NCBI GenBank assembly: GCA_028711505.1
Contig: JAQTSC010000003.1
Location: 9,397-73,396 of the forward strand
Reading direction: 5' to 3'
DNA length: 64,000 nt
DNA from: Minisyncoccota bacterium
Lineage (GTDB): Bacteria > Patescibacteriota > Minisyncoccia > JAHISW01 > Tagabacteraceae
Shown here: positions 9,291 through 18,085 of the stretch, piece by piece
Position numbering within the stretch: position 1 is the first letter of the stretch
How the letters are laid out: every line of letters begins with the position of its first letter
Translations under genes and position numbers: made by a program
The notes under the pieces: model-generated
Databases searched by the model: none
Seen by the model: the letters and a program-made list of their open reading frames with translations, nothing else
Told to the model about the DNA's origin: nothing

Positions 9291-9322
9291 TGTCCGCCCC
9301 GGCGTTTTGCCGGGGCGGACTT
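9291..9322 (+). terminator. Rho-independent terminator after rplK
   Basis: gtccgccccggcgttttgccggggcggac hairpin followed by T-run. Confidence 0.55.
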
Positions 9323-9388
9323 GTTTTATTTTTCGGGGATTGCTAACTTTATCTCAGAAAAAAAATTCTTTGAAAGGAGAAAAGAGAT

Positions 9389-10240
9389 ATGGAAGAAAGC
9401 AAAAATTCTTTAAAAGACCCAAGGTTTAAACCTATCTTTACTCAAATTGTCGGTAATACCATAAGCTGGTGTTGGTTTTTGATGCTTGGGGAAATACTTA
9501 CAAGAGGGAGAAGATACGATATTACTTCTGGAAGCCTGGATTTTGAAGGAAATTTTAGACTATCGATGCCGTTAGTGGTTGAAATGCATACGCCTTCAGT
9601 AAGGCCTCTTGCTCCTTACATACCTGAAGGTAAAAATGTCCCGGCACCCACAACAGAAGAAGCTATACAGGAATATATGAAGTATCTTCTTTCCCGGGAA
9701 AAACAGCCGAATGAGCATTATACTTATGGCGAGGATTTGTGGTGGCAAGTGGAAGAAGTTATTAAGTATTATAAAAGGTATGGGTTTGGCAACGCATGTT
9801 GTCATATGGTTGTTGGCCGGCCGGAATCTTTCTTGTTTTACAATCGAGAAGTGGATTACACGGAGTTTGTAGCCGTTGAAGACAGGACATCGGGAAAACT
9901 GATTTTTAGCAGGCATATAACTAATACATGGAATAAAGACTTGCGGATAGAAGTGAGCTCCCAGTGTTTGAGGGGCGTGGATACATGGGTTCAAAACGGA
10001 AGATTGTATTTTTGCTGCTATTTTCGCTCGCAAGACGCGTGGGCGGGTTTTCCTCAAAATTACGGAGGTTTGCAGTTGGTTAAAGAATATATGGCTTCTT
10101 GCCTCAACCTTGAAGATGGTCCGCTTATTGCTATTTCTAAAGACCTGCATTTTTATAGAGACAATATTCCTTACGGATTGGAAATGATAGGGAAAAAAGC
10201 CGAAGAATTGTCTTGGTTTGAGCCGGAGGTTCGTTTATGA
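9389..10240 (+). CDS. Divergent thymidylate-synthase-fold (ThyA / pyrimidine hydroxymethylase superfamily) protein
   Basis: Alignable to ThyA core: ITSGSLDFEGNFRLS (TGTGTLSIFG), CCHMVV...FLFYN (PCHAFFQFYV), GRLYFCCYFRSQDAWAGFPQNYGGLQL ([27 protein letters not shown]), DLHFY (DTHLY); catalytic Cys, R-S-x-D and Asn present; unusual N-terminal about 40 aa. Confidence 0.55.
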   Translation: MEESKNSLKDPRFKPIFTQIVGNTISWCWFLMLGEILTRGRRYDITSGSLDFEGNFRLSMPLVVEMHTPSVRPLAPYIPEGKNVPAPTTEEAIQEYMKYLLSREKQPNEHYTYGEDLWWQVEEVIKYYKRYGFGNACCHMVVGRPESFLFYNREVDYTEFVAVEDRTSGKLIFSRHITNTWNKDLRIEVSSQCLRGVDTWVQNGRLYFCCYFRSQDAWAGFPQNYGGLQLVKEYMASCLNLEDGPLIAISKDLHFYRDNIPYGLEMIGKKAEELSWFEPEVRL

Positions 10241-10671
10241 GAAAAAACACAAAAGTAGTTGATCCGCGTTTTTCCAAAGGTAAAGGGGACTATGAGAAAG
10301 TTATTTTTTCCATAGAAAAAGAAGGTAAATGTCCTTTTTGTCCTGACAATTTCAGATACCACAAACATCCAGTTCTTAAGAGAAGAGGAGATTGGTTTAT
10401 AACCAAATCAAGCTGGCCTTATCTAAATGCCAGATTGCATTTGGTTTTAATAAAGAACTCTCATAAAGAAAGTGTCAGAGAATTGAATGTCAACGACATG
10501 AAAGACATCTTATTTTTAGTAAAATGGGCGTCGGGGGAGTTCAAAATAAGCGGTGGTGGATTAGCCATGCGTTTTGGGAAAACGGCGCATACAGGAGCGA
10601 CTGTTTGTCATATACATGCTCATCTTATTGTTCCTAAAAGAAGGAAAAGCGTTTCGTTTCCTATTGGATAG
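10237..10671 (+). CDS. HIT-family (histidine triad) nucleotide hydrolase/transferase with CxxC zinc motif
   Basis: CPFCPDNF zinc-binding motif (as in GalT/Ap4A phosphorylase branch) and HIT motif CHIHAHLIV near C-terminus; start overlaps upstream stop (ATGA). Confidence 0.5.
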   Translation: MRKNTKVVDPRFSKGKGDYEKVIFSIEKEGKCPFCPDNFRYHKHPVLKRRGDWFITKSSWPYLNARLHLVLIKNSHKESVRELNVNDMKDILFLVKWASGEFKISGGGLAMRFGKTAHTGATVCHIHAHLIVPKRRKSVSFPIG

Positions 10672-10672
10672 A

Positions 10673-10710
10673 AAAATCCTTACCCCCTAGGGGGTAAGGA
10701 TTTTATTTTA
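10673..10710. terminator. Bidirectional terminator between convergent genes
   Basis: aaaaatccttaccccctagggggtaaggatttt perfect hairpin flanked by A/T runs. Confidence 0.55.
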
Positions 10711-11530
10711 CTTGTATGATCTTTATTTTTTTTGCTTTCAGCATTTCCAAGCCGTTTAAAGAAGCATGTTCGGTTTGGAAATAAAGCCGTTGGATTCCGG
10801 AAAAAGAAACTGGCTTCGCGCACATAGGGCAAGGAAATATCAGACTATACATTGATACTCCTTGCGTTTTTATACCTTTGGCTGCAGCCACGGCTATTAT
10901 TTTTTGCTCAGCATGAAGCGATGAGGCAATATGGCTGTCTTTTCCTGCTTCAATGAAATCTCGCGGATCTCCCAAGGAATAAGGAGTGAATTCAGACGGC
11001 AAGTGCTCGTTGTGGCCTTTAACCAGTATTTTACCATTCTTGACGAAAGCGGCAGCGGTTCTTCTCCACCAACAAGAACTTTTTTCTGCTTCCTTTTTCA
11101 GTTCCGCCATTATTTCTCGGTCTCTTTTTCGGCAGGATACCAGATCGCAGCTTACTTCTGCTGAAGAGTTTACATTTTCGCTGCTCCACATGAGAAAAGT
11201 TGTGTCGTGCTCTATTTTGTTTGTCTTAGAGAGGTATCTTTCTGCAACCATAGAAGAAACAGTGTCTGTTGCCGTTATCACTTTCTTTCCGTTTATACCA
11301 GCCGCGATTTTTGGAGTGAGCACCTCGATTTTTTTGAAGGAAATTGATTCAATAATTTTTTTCATCAAAGCCGGATTAACTTGCCTGATCTCTTTGTGAA
11401 GAGTTAAAAATTCTTGAATCAGTTCATCCCCTACGATGAAAATTGTTTCGGCGCCAGCTGAGTGTCTTTTAAAGAATTCTATATATCCATTATGCAGAAC
11501 AGGCACATAAAGAAGGATGATCTTTTTCAT
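10703..11530 (-). CDS. Two-domain protein: unknown N-terminal about 150-aa domain fused to C-terminal dCMP/CMP deaminase zinc domain
   Basis: C-terminal HAEQKIIAVAAAKG...PCPMCAKPV matches cytidine/deoxycytidylate deaminase H-A-E / P-C-x-x-C zinc site; N-terminal half unrecognised. Confidence 0.55.
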   Translation of the reverse strand: MKKIILLYVPVLHNGYIEFFKRHSAGAETIFIVGDELIQEFLTLHKEIRQVNPALMKKIIESISFKKIEVLTPKIAAGINGKKVITATDTVSSMVAERYLSKTNKIEHDTTFLMWSSENVNSSAEVSCDLVSCRKRDREIMAELKKEAEKSSCWWRRTAAAFVKNGKILVKGHNEHLPSEFTPYSLGDPRDFIEAGKDSHIASSLHAEQKIIAVAAAKGIKTQGVSMYSLIFPCPMCAKPVSFSGIQRLYFQTEHASLNGLEMLKAKKIKIIQVK

Positions 11531-11540
11531 GCCCGACTCC

Positions 11541-12086
11541 TTAAACCTTGAGGTTTGTCAAAAAAGACTCAATGTGTTTTTTAAGGGTGTCTTGAATTTT
11601 CATCGAGGTTGAAGTGCTTTTTGCTTGTCTTTCCAACACGACTACTTCTTTGCAGAATTGCCGGATATCATCCAGCTGCTTCTGTGGGTAACTTTCTTCT
11701 TCTGCCACAAAAATGTCAGGTTGAATTTCTTTGATAAGTTGATATTTCCATTCTCCTTTTTCGTCTATATCATCTACCAGAGTGATTAGGTCAATGCAGT
11801 GCTGATAACTTAACATCTCCATCCTTTCGCTTTGAGGAATGACCGGTCTTAGAGGACCTTTGTAAAGTTTGACGGCCCTGTCCGTGTCCGCGCCCACAAG
11901 CAAGACATCACCTTGCTTTTTTGCTTCTATCAAATATCTAAGATGTCCGATGTGAAGCATGTCCCATGTGCCAATCGTGATTACCACTTTATAACCGAGA
12001 GTGTCTTTGAGAGTTTGGGTTAGTGTTTTTAATTTGTTAATGTCCAATACTATTTTCTTTTCCGCCGTATCTCTAAAAATTTCCAT
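11541..12086 (-). CDS. Cytidylyltransferase-like Rossmann nucleotidyltransferase (TagD/RfaE domain II-like)
   Basis: GTWDMLHIGHLRYL (HxGH motif) and VGADTDRAV...RPVIPQSER pattern of the cytidylyltransferase-like family. Confidence 0.5.
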   Translation of the reverse strand: MEIFRDTAEKKIVLDINKLKTLTQTLKDTLGYKVVITIGTWDMLHIGHLRYLIEAKKQGDVLLVGADTDRAVKLYKGPLRPVIPQSERMEMLSYQHCIDLITLVDDIDEKGEWKYQLIKEIQPDIFVAEEESYPQKQLDDIRQFCKEVVVLERQAKSTSTSMKIQDTLKKHIESFLTNLKV

Positions 12087-12168
12087 AGCCTATCCTCCTT
12101 TTTGCCTTTGTATTCTGGCTGCATACTATCAATTTGTAGGTTTCTAAGTCAAGTATTAGAATAAATCT

Positions 12169-13710
12169 ATGCTTCGGGAAATTTTAAGACAAGAAATAGA
12201 AAAGGCGGTTTTGAAACTCTTTGATAAAAAGGCCGTTTTCAATGTTTCCTGGGACGGAAAATTTTCCGATTATTCTTCCAACGCGGGTTTGTTTCTTGGA
12301 GGAAAAGACGAGGCGGAGAAATTGAAAGATGAACTTGCCAAATCGAAAGAAATTGAAGAACTTTTTTCAGAAATAAAAGTGGCCGGAAACGGTTTTATTA
12401 ATTTTCGGCTTTCGGAAAAAGGAATTGAAGATGGATTGAAATTCGCGTTGAAAGAAAAATTTGATTTTTTGAAAAGTGAAAAAATTCAGGTGGAATTCAT
12501 TTCCGCGAACCCGACAGGCCCTCTTACTTTGGGAAACGGACGGGGCGGAGTTTTTGGCGATGTCTTAGGAAATGTTTTTAAAAAAGCCGGCGCCGAAGTC
12601 GTCAAAGAATATTATATAAACAACGCGGGAAATCAGATAGAAATTTTGGGCCATTCTGTTCTGAAAGACGACAAGGCTGAGTATAAAGGCGAATATATAG
12701 ATGAACTTGGTAAAAAATTAGGAGGCGAAGAGCCCCTGGAAGTCGGCAAAAAAGCCGCGGACATAATTTTGGAAAGCATCAAAAAAACCGTTTCCGAAAT
12801 GGGGATTGATTTTGATGTCTGGTTTTCGGAGAGCAAAGAGCTTCGAGAAACCGGGAAAGTTGAAGAAATAATGAGGTGGCTTAAAGAAAAAGATTTGGCT
12901 TATGAAAAGGACGATGCTTTATGGTTTCGGGCGACAAAATTCGGGGACAGCGAAGACAGGGTTTTAATCAAAACTGGCGGCGAACCGACTTATTTCGGCG
13001 TTGATTGCGCTTATCATAAAAATAAATTTGAGGAACGGAAATTTGACCGTGTTATAAACATTTGGGGCGCAGATCATCATGGCGATGTCAAGCGCGTAAA
13101 AGGATTCATTGATGCGCTGGGGCATAAAGACAAATTTGAAATAATTTTAATGCAGTTCGTCAGGCTTTTTCAAAACGGCGCTGCTGCGCGGATGTCAAAA
13201 AGGGAAGGAGTATATGTTTTAGTTGACGATGTTCTAAAAGAAATCGGCAAAGACGCTTTCAGGTATTTTATGCTCACGCGTTCTCCTGACACGCACATGG
13301 ATTTCGATTTGGAGCTTGCAAAAGAGCAGTCAAAGAAAAACCCCGTTTATTATATCCAGTACGCCGGCGCGAGGATGAGCAATATTTTAAAAAAATCGGA
13401 GGCCGGACTTAAAAACGAAAAAATTGAAATTCAAAATTTAACAGAACCGCAGGAAAGGAGATTATTGCTGAAGCTTATCCAATTCCCGGAAATGATTGAG
13501 AGTGTTTCAAGGGATTATCAGGTTCATCGGTTGACTACTTATATATATGAACTTGCCGCCGCTTTTACCGATTTTTACGAAAATGTCCGCGTGCTTGAAG
13601 CGGAAGGAGATGAGCTAAAAAACTCTCGATTGTTGTTGGTTTCCGTTTCTAGACGTCTTTTGGAACAAGTGTTAGGATTACTTGGAATTTCGGCGCCGGA
13701 AAAAATGTAG
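12169..13710 (+). CDS. argS: Arginyl-tRNA synthetase
   Basis: FISANPTGPLTLGNGRG class I HIGH-region variant typical of ArgRS; 513 aa. Confidence 0.9.
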   Translation: MLREILRQEIEKAVLKLFDKKAVFNVSWDGKFSDYSSNAGLFLGGKDEAEKLKDELAKSKEIEELFSEIKVAGNGFINFRLSEKGIEDGLKFALKEKFDFLKSEKIQVEFISANPTGPLTLGNGRGGVFGDVLGNVFKKAGAEVVKEYYINNAGNQIEILGHSVLKDDKAEYKGEYIDELGKKLGGEEPLEVGKKAADIILESIKKTVSEMGIDFDVWFSESKELRETGKVEEIMRWLKEKDLAYEKDDALWFRATKFGDSEDRVLIKTGGEPTYFGVDCAYHKNKFEERKFDRVINIWGADHHGDVKRVKGFIDALGHKDKFEIILMQFVRLFQNGAAARMSKREGVYVLVDDVLKEIGKDAFRYFMLTRSPDTHMDFDLELAKEQSKKNPVYYIQYAGARMSNILKKSEAGLKNEKIEIQNLTEPQERRLLLKLIQFPEMIESVSRDYQVHRLTTYIYELAAAFTDFYENVRVLEAEGDELKNSRLLLVSVSRRLLEQVLGLLGISAPEKM

Positions 13711-13725
13711 TGAAAGGAGGCATGT

Positions 13726-14025
13726 ATGAATATAGGGTTTAGTCTTTTGAAAAAAGAGTTAGCGGAAATGAAAGGCGGGCTTTTCGCGATATTCGCCTTA
13801 TCTTGTATCGCCGGATTTTTTTTGCAGGGTTTTCTTGTCCACGGCGCCGTTTTTGGGGCAAATCTGCCGCGTATTTTGCTTGCTCTCATTTTTTTGCTTC
13901 TTCTGCTTGTGTTTATTCTTGCCGCGTGGCTGGCGACTAAAGATGGCAAAAAAACACTAGGACTGATTATCTTTTTGGCCACATTGCTGGGCATTATGGT
14001 TGGGATCGGCATGGAAGGAGTATAA
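13726..14025 (+). CDS. Small membrane protein, unknown function
   Basis: 99 aa, three hydrophobic segments; RBS GGAGG upstream. Confidence 0.35.
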   Translation: MNIGFSLLKKELAEMKGGLFAIFALSCIAGFFLQGFLVHGAVFGANLPRILLALIFLLLLLVFILAAWLATKDGKKTLGLIIFLATLLGIMVGIGMEGV

Positions 14026-14052
14026 AATGACGCAATTTTGCGCGCGGTCATT

Positions 14053-14082
14053 CCCGCCACCTGTTTAAGGTGGCGGTTTTTT
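14053..14082 (+). terminator. Rho-independent terminator
   Basis: cccgccacctgtttaaggtggcgg hairpin followed by tttttt. Confidence 0.55.
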
Positions 14083-14121
14083 ATTGATAAAAAAGGCTTT
14101 TTTTAATAGTATGAATGAATA

Positions 14122-17100
14122 ATGGATTTACCCGAAAGAGAGCAAAAGATTTTGGAGTTTTGGGAGAAGAACCTGATTTTTGAAAAAACGCTTCGCAAAG
14201 AAGCGGTTAATGGCGATTTTGTTTTTTATGAAGGACCTCCGACTGCCAATGGCAAGCCGGGCATTCATCATATTGAAGCGCGCTCTTTTAAAGATTTGAT
14301 ACCTCGCTACAAAACAATGAGGGGTTTTCGTGTTTTGAGAAAAGCCGGCTGGGACACCCATGGCCTTCCGGTGGAGCTTGAAGTCGAGAAAAAATTAGGG
14401 CTTAAAAGTAAAAAAGACATTGAAGAATATGGAATAGAAAAATTCAATCAAAAATGCAAAGAAAGCGTCTGGGAGTATAAAGACGAATGGGAAAAAATAA
14501 CAAAACGAATCGGATTTTGGGTTGATTTGGAAAATCCGTACATCACTTATGAGACGGATTATATAGAAACGCTTTGGTGGATTATAAAACAGGCGGATGA
14601 GAAAGGATTTTTGTACAAAGGACACAAGGTGGTGCCAAATTGCCCGCGTTGCGGCACGGCGCTTTCTTCTCATGAAGTCGCGCAGGGGTATAAAAATGTA
14701 AGCGAAGAATCGGTCTATGCGAGATTTAAAATCAAAGGCAAAGAAAATGATTATATTTTGGCGTGGACAACGACTCCTTGGACATTGCCGGGAAACGTGG
14801 CTCTTGCGGTTGGAAGCAATATTGAGTACGTAAAAATTAAAAATAAAGATGCCGGAGATAATTTAATTTTAGCGAAGGAACGATTGGCTGCTATTGATGG
14901 CGAATACGAAATTTTGGAAGAATTGAAAGGCGCTGACCTCGTCGGTCTTGAATACGAACCTCTTTTCTCGGGCGCGATCCCCGAAAATACGCCGAATTTT
15001 GAAAAAGCTTTTAAAGTTTATTCTGCTGATTTTGTTTCAACCGAAGATGGCATCGGTGTGGTGCACACCGCGGTAATGTATGGGATAGACGATTATGAAC
15101 TCGGAGAAAAAATTGGGCTTCCGAAATTTCACACGGTTAATTCTGACGGAACTTTCAATGAAAGCGTGCCGAAGTGGAAAGGAAAATTTGTAAAAGACAC
15201 TGACAAAGAAATTATTTCCGATTTGGAATCTCGCGGATTTTTGTTTAAAACCGAAAATTATTCTCATGATTATCCTTTTTGCTGGAGATGCGGAACTCCG
15301 CTTCTTTACTACGCCAAAGACTCGTGGTTTTTCAAGATGAGCGGACTTCGCGACGAGCTTGTAAAAAATAACGAAAAAATAAACTGGATCCCCGGACATA
15401 TTAAAGAAGGAAGGTTTGGCGAGTGGCTAAAAGACGCGAAAGACTGGGCAATATCCCGAGAAAGATATTGGGGAACTCCGATGCCGGTTTGGGAATGCGA
15501 AAAGTGCGGCAAAAGAAAGATAGCGGGTTCAATAGATGAAATCCGCGAAGAGTTCGGAAACCCGAATAAAATTTTTCTGGTGCGGCATGGAGAAGCGGAA
15601 ACTACGCTGAAGGGAGTTGGAAATTCAATGCCAGAAACGGAGAAGTACCCACTTACGGGAAAAGGGAGGGATCAAATTAAAGAATTAGCAAAAATCTTAA
15701 AGGATGAAAAAATAAATTTTATTTATGCTTCGCCGATTTTAAGGACAAAAGAAACAGCGGAAATAATAGCGGACAAGCTTGGGCTTGAAATTATTTTTGA
15801 CGAACGGCTAAGAGAAACAGGGCTTGGAGAATTCAATAACAAAAAAATTGAAGAGCTTCATAGTATTTATCCGACGAAAGAATCTCGCGCGGGCGAAACC
15901 GTACGCGGAGTTGAAAGCGGAAGAGACGTGAGGAAAAGATTTGAAGAATTTTTAAGCGAAATAAATCAAAAACACAAAAACAAAAATATTGCGGTTGTTT
16001 CTCATGGCGACCCGCTTCAGATTTTTTACGGCCTTTGCCGCGGCGAAGATTTAATGGATTCGTTTCGCGGCTGGTATCCGAAAAAAGGTGAGACGAAAAT
16101 AGTTTATTCAAAACCCGTTGATTTGCACAGGCCTTTTATAGATGAAGTGAAATTGAAATGCGAATGCGGAGCGGATATGAAAAGAGCGGCGGAGGTTATG
16201 GATTGCTGGTTTGATTCCGGGTCAATGCCGTTTGCTCAGGTTCATTATCCTTTTGAAAATAAAGGATTGGTTGATGATAAAAAACTTTTTCCCGCGGACT
16301 TCATTTCCGAAGCCATAGACCAGACGCGCGGATGGTTTTACACTTTGCTCGCGGTTTCCACGATGCTCGGCTTTAAAGAGCCATACAAAAACGCTATTTG
16401 CCTCGGGCATGTTCTTGATAAAAACGGGCAAAAAATGAGCAAAAGCAAGGGGAACGTCGTAAATCCCTGGGAAATGATAGACAAATACGGAGCTGACAGC
16501 GTGAGGTGGTATCTTTACACCGTAAACCAACCCGGAGAGCAGAAGCGTTTTGATGAAAATGACCTGAAGCTTTCAAAGAGGATGTTTACGACGCTTTTTA
16601 ATGTTTTGTCTTTTTACAAAATGTTTTCAGCGGCTGGGCAGCCGGAAAAAATTGGAGTGGAAGAACCGGCGCACGTTTTGGACAAATGGATTTTAAATTA
16701 TCTGGCGAAAACAGAAATTGAGATAACCGATCTTTTGGAAAAATACGATATAACCTCCAGCGCTCGAAAAATTGAAGCGTTTATAAACGATTTGTCTGTT
16801 TGGTATTTAAGACGTTCTCGTGAAAGATTTAAGGGGGAAGACGAAAAAGATAAAGCCGCCGCCCAAAAAACGCTTGGTGAGGTTTTGCTTTCAGTTTCAA
16901 AACTTCTGGCTCCCTTCGCGCCATTTTCCGCGGAGGCTGTTTATAAAGAACTTTGCGAAGAAAAAGAATCGGTTCATTTGGAAAATTGGACAAAGGCTGA
17001 CGAAGAATACGATGAAAAAATTTTGGAAGAAATGGCAAGGGTCAGAAATGACGTTTCAGTCGGTTTGGACTTGCGGCTTAAATCTGGAATAAAAGTGCGC

Positions 17101-17484
17101 CAGCCGCTTTCATCTTTTGAAACGCCGAATAAATTTGGCGCCGAATTTTCCGCGTTGATAAAAGACGAGCTTAATGTAAAAGAAATAAAATTCGGCAAGG
17201 AATATAAAATTGATGCAAGAATTACCGACGAGCTGAAAAAAGAGGGGATGTTAAGGGAAATAACCCGCGCGATACAGGATTTGCGCAAAAAAGCCGGGTT
17301 TGTTCAATCTGACAAAATTATTTTGGCGGTTGATACGGATGCCGGAGGCAAAGATTTTATGAGCGGGTTTGAAGAAAAGATAAAATCCGCGACCAATTTG
17401 TCGGAAATAAAATTTGTTTCTTTTGAAGAAGGCGAAAAATTTGAAGTAGGCGAATCAAGCTTCAGGATAAAAATCGAAAAATAA
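14122..17484 (+). CDS. ileS: Isoleucyl-tRNA synthetase carrying an inserted histidine-phosphatase (PGAM-like) domain
   Basis: PPTANGKPGIHHIEARSF HIGH motif, KMSKSKGN motif, editing domain, anticodon-binding region. An extra domain with LVRHGEAE...SPILRTKETAEII...DERLRETGLGEF...VVSHGDPL lies between the WECEKCG zinc knuckle and the CWFDSGSMPF motif. Confidence 0.95.
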   Translation: MDLPEREQKILEFWEKNLIFEKTLRKEAVNGDFVFYEGPPTANGKPGIHHIEARSFKDLIPRYKTMRGFRVLRKAGWDTHGLPVELEVEKKLGLKSKKDIEEYGIEKFNQKCKESVWEYKDEWEKITKRIGFWVDLENPYITYETDYIETLWWIIKQADEKGFLYKGHKVVPNCPRCGTALSSHEVAQGYKNVSEESVYARFKIKGKENDYILAWTTTPWTLPGNVALAVGSNIEYVKIKNKDAGDNLILAKERLAAIDGEYEILEELKGADLVGLEYEPLFSGAIPENTPNFEKAFKVYSADFVSTEDGIGVVHTAVMYGIDDYELGEKIGLPKFHTVNSDGTFNESVPKWKGKFVKDTDKEIISDLESRGFLFKTENYSHDYPFCWRCGTPLLYYAKDSWFFKMSGLRDELVKNNEKINWIPGHIKEGRFGEWLKDAKDWAISRERYWGTPMPVWECEKCGKRKIAGSIDEIREEFGNPNKIFLVRHGEAETTLKGVGNSMPETEKYPLTGKGRDQIKELAKILKDEKINFIYASPILRTKETAEIIADKLGLEIIFDERLRETGLGEFNNKKIEELHSIYPTKESRAGETVRGVESGRDVRKRFEEFLSEINQKHKNKNIAVVSHGDPLQIFYGLCRGEDLMDSFRGWYPKKGETKIVYSKPVDLHRPFIDEVKLKCECGADMKRAAEVMDCWFDSGSMPFAQVHYPFENKGLVDDKKLFPADFISEAIDQTRGWFYTLLAVSTMLGFKEPYKNAICLGHVLDKNGQKMSKSKGNVVNPWEMIDKYGADSVRWYLYTVNQPGEQKRFDENDLKLSKRMFTTLFNVLSFYKMFSAAGQPEKIGVEEPAHVLDKWILNYLAKTEIEITDLLEKYDITSSARKIEAFINDLSVWYLRRSRERFKGEDEKDKAAAQKTLGEVLLSVSKLLAPFAPFSAEAVYKELCEEKESVHLENWTKADEEYDEKILEEMARVRNDVSVGLDLRLKSGIKVRQPLSSFETPNKFGAEFSALIKDELNVKEIKFGKEYKIDARITDELKKEGMLREITRAIQDLRKKAGFVQSDKIILAVDTDAGGKDFMSGFEEKIKSATNLSEIKFVSFEEGEKFEVGESSFRIKIEK

Positions 17485-17487
17485 TTT

Positions 17488-18054
17488 ATGGCTTATTCCG
17501 TCTATACCAGCGAAGCTGTGGTTTTAAAAAAACGGGATGTCGGCGAAGCCGACAGAAGTTTTTCCGTTTTTACCAAAAATTTCGGGAGAATTGAAGCGTT
17601 TAGCCGGGGTGTCCGGCTTTTAAAATCCAAACTCCGCTATAATCTTTCACATCCTGCCGTTTTAAGGCTGTCTTTTATTCCCACGCAAAACGGATTATGG
17701 CGGATTATTGATGCCGAGGAAATTAAAGTTTTGAGAAATACCAAATTGGATTCGGCAAAATTTCAATGTGTTCTGAAATTTTTTGCTTTGCTTGAGAGAT
17801 TGCTTCAGGGTCAGGAAGAAGACGCGGCTCTTTGGAAAGAGACTAGAGATTTTTTGGAAAAAATTGAAGAAGAAAAATACGGAGCAGAAGATATAAATGA
17901 TTTTTTTGTCTATACCGGGCTTAAAATACTTGGTCACATGGGCTATGCCGACAGAAATGTTTATTCCGGAGATTTTTCTTTGAAAGATGTCAGGCCAAAC
18001 AGAAAATTTTTTGTTGATTCTTTCAAACGCGGTCTGGAAAATAGCCATCTGTAA
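17488..18054 (+). CDS. recO: DNA repair protein RecO (short form)
   Basis: N-terminal OB-fold pattern EAVVLKKRDVGEADRSFSVFTKNFGRIEAFSRGVR typical of RecO; 188 aa, no obvious C-terminal zinc motif. Confidence 0.6.
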   Translation: MAYSVYTSEAVVLKKRDVGEADRSFSVFTKNFGRIEAFSRGVRLLKSKLRYNLSHPAVLRLSFIPTQNGLWRIIDAEEIKVLRNTKLDSAKFQCVLKFFALLERLLQGQEEDAALWKETRDFLEKIEEEKYGAEDINDFFVYTGLKILGHMGYADRNVYSGDFSLKDVRPNRKFFVDSFKRGLENSHL

Positions 18055-18085
18055 AAAAGTCGTTCCCATGATATAATTTAAAGAA

